From positions 22,816,001-22,880,000 of the forward strand of contig NC_043020.1 in NCBI RefSeq assembly GCF_006345805.1: DNA of 64,000 bases, read 5' to 3'. The notes beneath the pieces were generated by a model. The model ran no database searches and had not been told where the DNA came from. It worked only from the letters and a program-made list of their open reading frames with translations. Each line of letters starts with the position of its first letter. The first letter of the stretch is position 1. Source of the stretch: Octopus sinensis. Its lineage: Eukaryota. Shown here piece by piece: positions 27,405 to 37,815 of the stretch. The position numbers and the translations under genes are program-made.

Positions 27405-28289
27405 CATAAGCGATGGGCTTCTTTCAGTTTCCGTCTACCAAATCCACTCACAAGGCTTTGGTCTTCCTGAGGCTATAAGTAGAAGACACTTACCCAAGGT
27501 ACCACCCAGTGGTACTGAACCTGGAACCATGTGGTTGGTAAGCAAGCTTCTTACCACACAGCCACTCCTGCACTTATGTATATATATACACGATGGGATT
27601 CTTTCTGTTTTCATCTTCCATCATCAAAATCCACTTATAAGGCATTGGTCAGTCTGGAGCTATACTGGAAGACACTTACAACAAAACACCACATACTGGG
27701 ACTGAACCTGAGACCATATGGTTGGAAAGCAAACTTCTCCAACCATACAGCATATAATTCAGACTCCATTATTCTCATGGTTTAATGCCTATTCATCCTA
27801 AGCTCGTATTTTAATTTCAAAGAAACAAACTGAATGGCTTCACCTCTTGATGCATCAAAGAAGCCTTACTTTCACTTCAGAATGTAAATGTATGGCTTGG
27901 TTAAGATGAAGGCAAAAGTACGTCTGGCCTTGTATGCACCCTTAAAAATGGTAAGACTGATGTCGTTTACATATTGTAAAAGTTCATGACTGGAAGAGTA
28001 TTCCTGAGTGTTTGATATTCTGATTGAGAATGGATTGGCTACAATGGTTAGTGTGGGTGCCAGGGTGGCTGGGAGATCAGCCACAGTGTGGGTTATAAGT
28101 GAACAGTAGAAGGGTGTGTGAGGTGGGCTTGGGTAGATGTACTAGTCTGTCCATCATGCTATCTGCTCATTCATCCATATGAATGCATGTATATGTGTGT
28201 GTGACTGCAAAGACCCGGGCTACTTCTTGCACCAGTTCCGCATAGCCCCTGCCCATTCAAAGTACCTTGGATTCCAGAACATCCCACTA

Positions 28290-29154
28290 TGCTTGAGGAG
28301 ACCTGTTGAGTCAAGTACATGAACAACGAAATAAATGTCAATGGAAATAGTAGTTGTGATACCTGTGCTGGTATCACATAAAAAGCACCATCCGAACGTG
28401 GCCGTTGCCAGCGCCGCCTCGACTGGCTTCTGTGCCGGAGGCACATAAAAAGCACCATCCGAACGTGGCCGATGCCAGCACCGCCTCAACTGGCTTCAGT
28501 GCCGGTGGCACATAAAAAGCACCATCCGAACGTGGCCAATGCCAGCGCCGCCTCGACTGGCTTCTGTGCCAGAGGCACATAAAAAGCACCATCCGAACGT
28601 GGCCGATGCCAGCACCGCTTCAACTGGCTTCAGTGCCGGTGGCACATAAAAAGCACCATCCGAACGTGGCCGAGCCAGCTCCGCCTCGACTGGCTTCTGT
28701 GCCGGAGGCACATAAAAAGCACCATCCGAACGTGACCGATGCCAGCACCGCCTCAACTGGCTTCAGTGCCGGTGGCACATAAAAAGCACCATCCGAACGT
28801 GGCCGATGCCAGCGCTGCCTCGACTGGCTTCAGTGCCGGCGGCACATAAAAAGCACCATCCGAACGTGGCCGATGCAAGCGCCGCCTTGGCTGGCTTCCG
28901 TGCCGGTGGCATGTTAAAAGCACCAACCAATCGTGGCTGATGCCGGACTCCCCTGGCACCTGTGCAGGTGGCACGTAAAAAGCACCCACTACACTCGCGG
29001 AGTGGTTGGTGTTAGGAAGGGCATCAAGCTGTAGAAACTCTGCCAGATCAGACTGGAGCCTGGTGCAGCCCCTGGCTTCCCAGACCCCGGTCGAACCATC
29101 CAGCCCGTGCTAGCGCGGAAAACAGACGTTAAACGATGATGATGATGATGATGA

Positions 29155-29158
<4 letters not shown>
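28290..29158 (+). mobile_element. RTE 3' UTR copy containing an internal 67-bp tandem array (28375-28925)
   Basis: Unit starts at 28375, 28442, 28509, 28576, 28643, 28709, 28776, 28843 and 28910; (GAT)n tail to 29158. Confidence 0.88.
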
Positions 29159-29194
<36 letters not shown>

Positions 29195-29224
29195 TGTGAC
29201 AGTCAAAGTGTTTCTGTCACAATC

Positions 29225-29267
29225 TGAACCTGATGAATGCTTAAATGCAAGAAAGTATACTAGTTCA
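29225..29267 (+). ncRNA. Type I hammerhead, canonical core, palindromic stem III
   Basis: TGAAC-CTGATGA-ATGC(TTAAAT)GCAA-GAAA-GTATAC-TA-GTTCA: 5-bp stem I and perfect AGTATACT palindrome. Confidence 0.72.
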
Positions 29268-29430
29268 ATGAGAATAGTCATTTAATATTTAATTTTCAAT
29301 ATTTCATTTGTTCAATAAGACAAAATCAATACTTCATTTCATTTCTTTCTTACTATATATTCTATATTCTACATTAACCTTATGAAGAATATAAATAAAA
29401 CATAAAAAACAGATTTGGAATTTCTTTGAA

Positions 29431-29461
<31 letters not shown>

Positions 29462-30039
29462 AAACTTGACCAGGTAAGAAAAGTGAGAGAATAGATGCTT
29501 ATTCGATTTGTTGACAGCTGTTTCGTAATTTGTATTAGTTACATAAGTGATACTACATCATCTGCAACACAGTGAGTTCTGTTTGTTTCATGAATCCTTC
29601 TTGCTTTTACTACATATGTATAATCCACTAAGCATTTTGCCCATCATGTTGATCCTAAAAGGGTGAATGACAAAGTCGACCTTGATAGGAATTGAACTCA
29701 GAACATAAAGCTTGATGAATTGCAATTAAGCATATTACCTAGCACTCTAACAATTCTGCCAGCTTACTGCGAGGAGCAGTGGTGGTGACGATGATGAGGA
29801 TGATAATGGTGATGGTGATGAGATTTCTTTATTTTGATAACAGTTAATTAATGAAAACTCTTTAATTAATTGAGCAAAGTTAAATAACAATCATTCCTGG
29901 AATGTGCAAACTTTGAGAAAATGAAGAATTGTTAAAATATTTCAGGCATGTTTTTTTGTTGTTTTTTTTCATTTAAAAATTCTTGCTTTCCAGCTCTTTT
30001 ATGAAGTCTGTGTGTCCAAAACTCATGGAATTGTTATAA

Positions 30040-30462
30040 TAATGATAATAATAATAATAATGATAATAATAATAATAATGATAATAATAATAATAATGAT
30101 ATTAATAATAATAATAATATAATAAAATAAAATAATAATAATAATAATAATAATAATGATAATAGTAGTCATTTCAAATTTTTGCCACAAGGGCAGCTTT
30201 TGGGGAGCTGGGGATTTGTCGATTACTTCAACCCCAGTGTTCAACTGGTACTTATTTTATCGACCCCAAGAGGATGAAAGGCAAAGTTGACCTCAGAGGA
30301 ATTTGAATAATAATAATAATAATATAATAATAATAATTGTAATAATAATAATAATAATAATGATAATAATAATAATAATAATAATATATAATGATAATAA
30401 TAATAATAATGATAATAATAATAATAATAATAATATATAATATAATAATAATAAAAACAACA
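30040..30462. repeat. (TAA)n arrays interrupted by a SINE fragment (about 30170-30305)
   Basis: Direct inspection. Confidence 0.9.
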
Positions 30463-31634
30463 AAAGACTATATATACAACGTATAGAAGGTTGGTAGAGG
30501 CCTATACAACTGGAAAACTACTATAAAATAACCACCATAGGACTGCAAAAATATCTACTTCAGAAGGAAGGAAAAAACTGATACAAATAGCGGCAAAACA
30601 CAGAGCAAAACAAAAAACTGTTCTCAGTATTTAAGGAAGCTGACAAATACAAACAAGAAATCATACCACCTAATAACATGAAGAAGAAGAAGAAGAAGAT
30701 GAAGAAAACAACAAAAGCTATAAAACAAATGAAATCCAACTACAAACAGAACAGCAACGAACCATGATAAAACGATGGCAAGAAAAGCCCCTTCATGGTA
30801 AATACTGCACTAAACTAAACGCCAAAGAAATAGACAAAGAAAAATCCCAGCAATGGTTGAGAAGCTCAGGACTCAAAGCAGAAACAGAGGATTTTTAATT
30901 GCAGCACAAGACCAAAGCCTCCCCACCAGAAATTACCAAAAACATGTAATGAAAAGAAATATTACAAGTAACTGCAGAATATGTGGAGATGGACAAGAAA
31001 CAGTAAATCATATTATCTCTAGCTGCCCAGTCCTGGCAGAAGGAATCTATTCACAGACATGACAGAGTTGGAACCTACATAATTGGAGCTATGCCAACAT
31101 TATGGAATAACAACAGAAAAAATGGTATAGGCACACACCAGAAAGGTCCACAGAAAACGAGAAAGCAACCATACTCTGGGATATGCCGATACACACAGAT
31201 AGAGAATTAAGCCAACAGACCAGATATAGTTGTCAGAGATCATGAAGAAAAAAAATGCTTTCTAATTGATGTATCAATCCGGCAGATGACAACGTGTCTC
31301 TAAAAGAATGGAGAAACTCTCAAAATACAAAGACCTGGAAATAGAGGTAACTAGAAATGTGGAATCTGAAAACAGAAACAATTCCTATCATAGTAGGTGC
31401 ATTAGGCATGATAAAAAATATTCAGACAAATACATAACAAAAACACCAGGACTTACAAACACAATAACATACAGAAAATTGCACTACTAGGCACTGCCCA
31501 CATCCTACGCAGAACACTTTCCATACAATAACCATCAGAGCATCACAACAAATCACAGCACATACCCAAGGCACACAGATCTGCGCTCGGTAGTGAAGTG
31601 AAAGCACGCTATAAAAATAAAAATAAAACTACTG
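30463..31634 (+). mobile_element. R4/Dong-like RLE non-LTR retrotransposon, 5'-truncated copy 1
   Basis: CRICGDGQETVNHIISSC (Zn knuckle), RHD, TILWDMPIHTD, RPDIVV, FLIDVS, KLSKYKDLEIEV (PD..D..K endonuclease); bounded by (TAA)n on both sides; many 1-bp indels. Confidence 0.85.
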
Positions 31635-32538
31635 AATAATAATAATAATAATAATAATTTGTGCGTATAATCTGGAAATACATACAATGCCCTTCTCTAC
31701 CCTAGGTGTATGGAAAACACTCGGCGAGAAACGGAAGAAAATTTGAAGAAAGAAGGAAAAAACATAATAATAATAATAATGATAATAATAAAAGATGGGC
31801 TACAGCAAATATTTGGCTCAATACCACAGATTTGCTTGTCAGTTGTTTGATCTTAACCAGTTGAGCATGTCCCTTAGTGGCTGACAATATGTGCATCTCT
31901 GATCACGAGCAGAAATAGTGGGGGAGCATCATAGCCATATGTTGAGAGGGATTCTTTAGGGTTTAAATAATTCACCTCTGGAAACATAGGTGATTCGTTC
32001 AACATTCTTAAACAATCCTTATTCAGGGACCTTTTGAGCAGGATGGGTTACTCGACCTGAAGAAAATTCTAACTGGGCCCCACCTGCCTGTCTGTCTGTC
32101 TGTCTGTCTGTGTGTCTGTCTATCCATCCATCTATATATCTATCTATCAATAATAATAAAGGATAAATGTGTTAACATGTGACATTGTTGACCGAGGTTA
32201 CCGTGGTCTTTTCCGTAGGCTTTTCTTTCCATGGATAAACCTTATCTGCTTCCCCCTTTACAATTTACATGATGACGTTCCTGTGATACACGATCCCTAT
32301 TGATCATTCATTTTTTTCTCTCTTTTTACGATCCTTTTTGACCGAAAACCTACCCCCCCTTTTTATTTTTTATTTTTATTTTATTTTATTTTATTTCTCC
32401 CCAAAAAGAAAATCTCTACTTTGTAATTTGTCCCTTCTGTGTTCAGCCCTGTGTGGCTAATAAAGAAACATATATCAAAACTCAAACTGGCATTTTGTAT
32501 AAATTTACTTAAATTCCTCCTTTTTCTTCTTTTTTCAG

Positions 32539-33259
32539 TACATAAAACAAAACATTCCTGGACAAGGATGTCAAATGGAAGACTTTGAGACTCAATTTAG
32601 AGGCTGCACATGTGAGCAAATCATCTGCAAACCAAACAGTTGTTCTTGTATACAGATATCTGGTGGCGCTGCATACACAGAAGACCAAAGAATTCAACAG
32701 CGATATTTTCCTTCCACAGTAGAATCATCTGAATCGGAACTCTCTTCACCAATTTATGAATGTAACCCGGATTGTTCTTGCAGAGCCAACTGCTCCAATC
32801 GGTTAGTTCAGCATGGCATTCGCTTCAAAACGGAAGTATTTTCTGCCTCACCTGGCAAAGGGTTTGGCTTGCGTACTTTGGAATTTATTCCCAGAGGTTC
32901 CATCATTAGTGAGTATGCCGGAGAAATTATTGGTAACGAAGAAGCAAAACGGCGTTCACGTTTGATTGAACTGCAAACTGAAATGAACTACATTCTTGTC
33001 TTGAAAGAGCATTATGGAGATAAACTTGTCCAAGCATGCGTTGATCCAAACATTTCGGTAACATCAGCAGATTTATGAACCATTCTTGTGAACCAAACCT
33101 ATGGATGACGGCAGTAAGGGTTTCAAACGCTGTACCAAAGTTAAGCCTCTTTGCACTCCGAGATGTAAATGCTGGGGAAGAACTCTCGTTTCATTACGGC
33201 GGTCTTGGAACAAACTCCATAAACCAAACCAAAATACAGACGCTGACAACAAAAATAGC

Positions 33260-33290
<31 letters not shown>

Positions 33291-33364
33291 AATTGAAACC
33301 TTGCAAATGTGGTGCTGTAACTTGTTGTAGATATTTACCATTTGATGAAACCCTTTTCCACTGA
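32539..33364 (+). CDS. SETMAR: SETMAR-like histone-lysine N-methyltransferase (pre-SET, SET, post-SET), main coding exon; two apparent 1-bp frameshifts
   Basis: Acceptor TTTTTCAG at 32538, then YIKQNIPGQG..GCTC..C..C..YECN..C.C...C.NR.VQ.G, KGFGLRTLEFIP.G..EYAGE, N.SRFMNHSCEPNL, EELSFHY, KPCKCGAVTC..YLPFD. Splice position matches human SETMAR exon 2 (FQ|YTPD) as recalled. Frame breaks near 33048-33050 and 33215-33235. Confidence 0.82.
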
Positions 33365-33729
33365 AGTCAGCCCTTGTTTTTGTTTCTTTTCTGCAATATA
33401 ACCTGTACTTATTGGAGCAGATGATGCTTTCAATGGAACTTAATACGCAAGACACAGACATGGCTGTGTGGTTAAGAAGCTAGCTTCGCAACCATGTAGT
33501 TTCAGTTTCAGTCCCACTTTGTGGCACACCTTAGACAAGTGTCCTTACATTTGTCCCATTTATTTTTGAAAATAATAAAGAATTTACTTAAATAAATTTG
33601 TTGTTGGATTCCCGTTTGATATATATAGTTTTCAAAGTGACAACTAGTCACTGATCTATAAATTAGAAAATTACTATTTTTAAATCTCACAAGAGATATT
33701 CAGCAACAGTACTTTGGTGTAAAGATTGT

Positions 33730-34015
33730 TTCTTCTTCTTGTCTTGAGACAGCATTCACCCGGGGTGGGTTGAGCTGGCTTTATTCATCCTCAATGCTGC
33801 ATCTCTCACAAACACCAACCAGGCCTGGCGATTTGAGGCTAACGACTGCGTGATCTCCAACCACTCCTTATTCCAGCGGTGAACGCCGTAGATATGGGGC
33901 CTAGGTTGGATTCCAGATCAGCCTTGACTGTCATCAGCCAGGTTTTTTGTTGTCCACCACATCGCTTCTGCCAACCCTGAAGGGGAGCTGAGGCAATTGC
34001 TTCGTAGATGAATTC
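33730..34015 (-). mobile_element. RTE-clade LINE 3' fragment (second family)
   Basis: Minus-strand GWQKRCGGQQKTWLMTVKADL...WNKEWL...ASNRQAW. Confidence 0.65.
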
Positions 34016-34036
34016 TCCTGGTTGACGACAACCAGA

Positions 34037-34314
34037 TTGTTTGCCAACATAACATAGCAGTCCCGGTTCAGGATGAATGTTGCTGTAATTTAGCCCCAGG
34101 TAGCATCATCTCCAGCTGGCTGATTAAAAGAAATAACCCAGAAATCTCAATACACAGATATTGTTTTGAGCTGAGTTGGGGTGCTAGATTCCCTCGTTCG
34201 AAAATATAAGGACACAGATCATGTTGTACAGCCAGCTGGAGACGATGTCTCCTGGGGCTAAATTACAGCAACATTAGTCCTAAACCAGGACTGCCATGTT
34301 ATGTTGGCAAACAA
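34037..34314. repeat. Inverted repeat with about 86-bp arms (34037-34122 / 34229-34314)
   Basis: TTGTTTGCCAACATAACAT... versus ...ATGTTATGTTGGCAAACAA. Confidence 0.8.
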
Positions 34315-34535
34315 TATTTACTCTAAAATACTGTAGCTGAATGTCTCTTGTGAGATTTACAAATAGTAATTTTCTAAATTTGTCATTATTAAGCTGATGT
34401 TGGAAAATAAATTAATTTAAAATTTCGATGGAATACTTTAATTTTGATTATGTTATCACCGTAATACTTTTGCTACCATATTTCTATTGAAATACACTTC
34501 ACTACACAGTTCTATATTTAAGAGATGAGGAATTA

Positions 34536-34969
34536 TGTACAGTATTTACATTATTTACATTTGATGGATATTTGTCGTCATCTTGTTTGTTATTAACTAG
34601 TACATCATATGCCCACAGGCATTTGGCGTAGTGGTTAAGAGCACGGACTACTAACCCCAAGATTCCGATTTCGATTCCAAGCAGTGACCTGAACAACAAC
34701 AATAATAATGATAATGATGATGATAATAATGATAATAATAATAACAATAACAATAATAATAACAATAACAATTATAACAATAACAATAATAATAATAATA
34801 TAATGATGATAATAATAACATCGAAAAATAACTTAAGAATGAGAAGCCAGGTTTGAAATTTCCCCATGACACCTGAAGAAGGCTGGAAGGTATATCAGCT
34901 GAAACATGTTAACAACAAACAAGATGAGGACAAGTATCCGTCGAAAGTAAGTAATGTAGATAATGTACA
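34536..34969 (+). mobile_element. Composite element: inverted copy of own tail, tRNA-like head, (AAT)n, hammerhead-like motif, tail
   Basis: 34536-34597 is the reverse complement of 34908-34969. TGGCGTAGTGGTTAAGAGC...TTCGATTCC at about 34617-34690. CTGAAGA-A-GGCTG...CAGCT-GAAA at 34873-34904. Confidence 0.65.
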
Positions 34970-35099
34970 CTGCCTTTGTATCAATTATTTTTGAAAATGA
35001 TAAAGGATTTACTAAAATATGATTGCCATCATTAAGACAGTGTTCAGAACATAAATTAGCTTGGTATTTTGATGTTTGGAATGTAAACTAATACTCTGT

Positions 35100-35311
35100 T
35101 ACTCTTTTACTCTTTTACTTGTTTCAGTCATTTGACTGCGGCCATGCTGGAGCACCGCCTTTAGTCGAACAAATCGACCCCGGGGCTTATTCTTTGTAAA
35201 CTTTTTCTATCGGTCTCTTTTGCCGGACGGCAAAGTTACGGGGAGGTAACCGCACCAGCATCAGTTGTCAAGTGATGTTGAGGGGGGAGGACAAACACAG
35301 ACACACAAACA

Positions 35312-35354
<43 letters not shown>

Positions 35355-35574
35355 ACACACACACACATACACACACACACACACATATATATATATACAT
35401 ATACATATATACGACGGGCTTCTTTCAGTTTCCATCTACCAAATCCACTCACAAGGCTTTGGTCAGCCCGAGGCTATAGTAGAAGACACTTGCCCTAGGT
35501 GCCACACAGTGGGACTGAACCCGGAACCATGTGGTTGGTAAGCAAGCTACTTACCACACAGTCACTCCTACGCC
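35100..35574 (-). mobile_element. Full-length tRNA-derived SINE
   Basis: Same family as 9485-9956. Confidence 0.85.
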
Positions 35575-36456
35575 ACTCCTACTGTTATTTTAAAGAAAAA
35601 AAGGATGGTACATTACATAATGTAGTCCTAGGTACATTGTGTCTGAAATAGAAGCTAAATCTCCCTCAAATCATGCACCACTACTGACTCAGAAATGAAG
35701 CAATACATTAGCTAATGTAGTCCTAGGTACAGCAGCCAAATCTCCCTCAAATCACACATTACTGTCATAAACAGGAAAAGGAGGACACATTAGAAACTGT
35801 AGTCCTAGATATACTTATATATAAGCAGCCACTTACCACATGGCCACTCCTACACATATGCGGAATTTGAACTTCAGAACATAAAGACAGACAAAATCCC
35901 ACTAAGCATTTTGCCTGGCATGCTAACGTTTTCACCAGCTCGACGCCTTTACAATATTTTGATAGAATGCTTTAATGCCGATCACTTTACTCAAGAAGTT
36001 TGTATCACAGAATCAGGAGTGATCTGAGATGGTTTGGCATCAGGAAGGGTTAAGTAAAAAAATGTAGGGTAGAACACTGTTGGAATTTCTAGAATGCCAG
36101 TTGAAGTGATGTCTTTCTCTGATATAAAGGATGTTAAAGAAAAAAATGGTGAGGAATGAAGAAATCATTCAAGTGAAATAACGATTAAGTTTAAAGGAAA
36201 GAAGGCAGCCAACACGTAATGGTGGGTGGGGGGAGCATCGGATTACAGATTAGAGGAATAAGGATTGGGCAGGTTTTCAAGGCAGATTAGAAATAATGGA
36301 GGCTGTGCACGCTTCTTTACATCTATCGTGATGTCAAGACAAGGAGATACAAACAGACATAACCACACACACACACATATCTATCTATCTATCTATTTAT
36401 ATACATACATACATACATACATACATACATACATACATACATACATGCATACATAG

Positions 36457-36496
<40 letters not shown>

Positions 36497-36562
36497 TGGT
36501 AAAAACGGTAAGCTAACAAAAGAAAGAAGGAGACCTCAATATTATGTAAATAGAGGAAATTT

Positions 36563-36726
36563 ATCTGTAAAATAATATGTGACAATTATTCAAGAGCCAA
36601 GATAAAACTCTGAGTTTCGGATGGCCAGATAACCGAAGAGATGGTGTTGTGGATTTCCACCTCGGCATCCGAAACTCAGAGTTTTATCTTGGCTACCGAA
36701 TAATTGTCACATATTATTTTGCAGAT
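36563..36726. repeat. Inverted repeat (about 60-bp arms) enclosing a hammerhead-like fold at 36627-36689
   Basis: AGATAA-CCGAAGA-GATG...CATC-C-GAAA-CTCAGAG-TT-TTATCT; followed by (TA)n. Confidence 0.7.
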
Positions 36727-37020
36727 ATATATATATATATATATATATTCCAAGAAAGTTAGAGGTTGTGAATCCAACCAACGAAGGGATAATATCTATC
36801 CAATATACTGCTGGTAGAATACCCAATTATTAATACACAATTGTTTTTTATTGCATTGCAATTACATTACCGAGTGTACTAAATGAGTGAGGGTTTTTAT
36901 AACTTAACCTTATGTACTTTCTAAAATCTCTGACGAAGCCTAGAGAAACACCCAAGTACCTCAATTTCATCTACTTATTACTTTTGTCTGCTGGAGGGAT
37001 AAAGGTAAAATGAGGTATTT

Positions 37021-37098
37021 TTGCCTCTTGGCATTGTAATTGTCATTTGCCTCTTGGCATTGTAATTGTCATTTGCCTCTTGGCATTGTAATTGTCAT
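37021..37098. repeat. 26-bp perfect triplication
   Basis: TTGCCTCTTGGCATTGTAATTGTCAT x3. Confidence 0.95.
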
Positions 37099-37181
37099 TT
37101 TAGTAAATAAATAAATAAATTGACATAATATAATGTCTAAAAACTGATGAACCACCTATTAATCCCCTTCATTTTCTTATT

Positions 37182-37226
<45 letters not shown>

Positions 37227-37384
37227 ATATATATATATATATATATATGTGGACAGTCAACATGCTAGATATAGACGTCAAATCGCCATTCTCCACAAAG
37301 AATATGTTCTCAAATAAAATAAAATTCAGCACAAACCAAAGCAATAAATAAGACAAATGAAAATATACGAAATGAAATAATCAC

Positions 37385-37447
37385 CTATGTACCGATCAGT
37401 TTCAGTTATTAATATCCGCAAGGATATCTGTAACTTCGTCAGCATAA
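37385..37447 (-). ncRNA. Type I hammerhead with fully canonical core
   Basis: Minus strand TTATG-CTGACGA-AGTTA(cagATATCCttgcGGATATtaa)TAACT-GAAA-CTGATCGG-TA-CATAG; GUA triplet, cleavage predicted between 37390 and 37389. Confidence 0.8.
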
Positions 37448-37644
37448 TCTGTTATGAACATAATTTGCTGGACTAGATGCAAAAAACGATACCGGAGTGC
37501 CGCATGCATAAAGTACAACCGATTAAGTTCGAATGTATCTTTCAAATGCCTCCACTTTTGGCGCGCTGAGACTCGAAAAACCAGCCAGCAGCTAATAATT
37601 AGCAGCAGTCAATTTATCGGTTTAAGAACATATATTTTATATTA

Positions 37645-37815
37645 AAATTAATTAAGGGTAGAAATTGATATTAGTCAATTAAAACCAGTGGACTAGCATA
37701 TTAAAAAGAATCCGAAGATTAAAATATTTATAATATTTTAATCTTCGGATTCTTTTTAATATGCTAGTCCACTGGTTTTAATTGACTAATATCAATTTCT
37801 ACCCTTAATTAATTT
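37645..37815. repeat. 171-bp perfect palindrome (84-bp arms, TAT loop)
   Basis: Arms 37645-37728 and 37732-37815; followed by (TA)n. Confidence 0.92.

Noticed and set aside
28375-28925. Regular repeat arrays (67-bp here, 184-bp at 40.0-40.6 kb) resembling CRISPR arrays
   Set aside because: No unique spacers, units lie within eukaryotic retroelements, and there are no cas genes.
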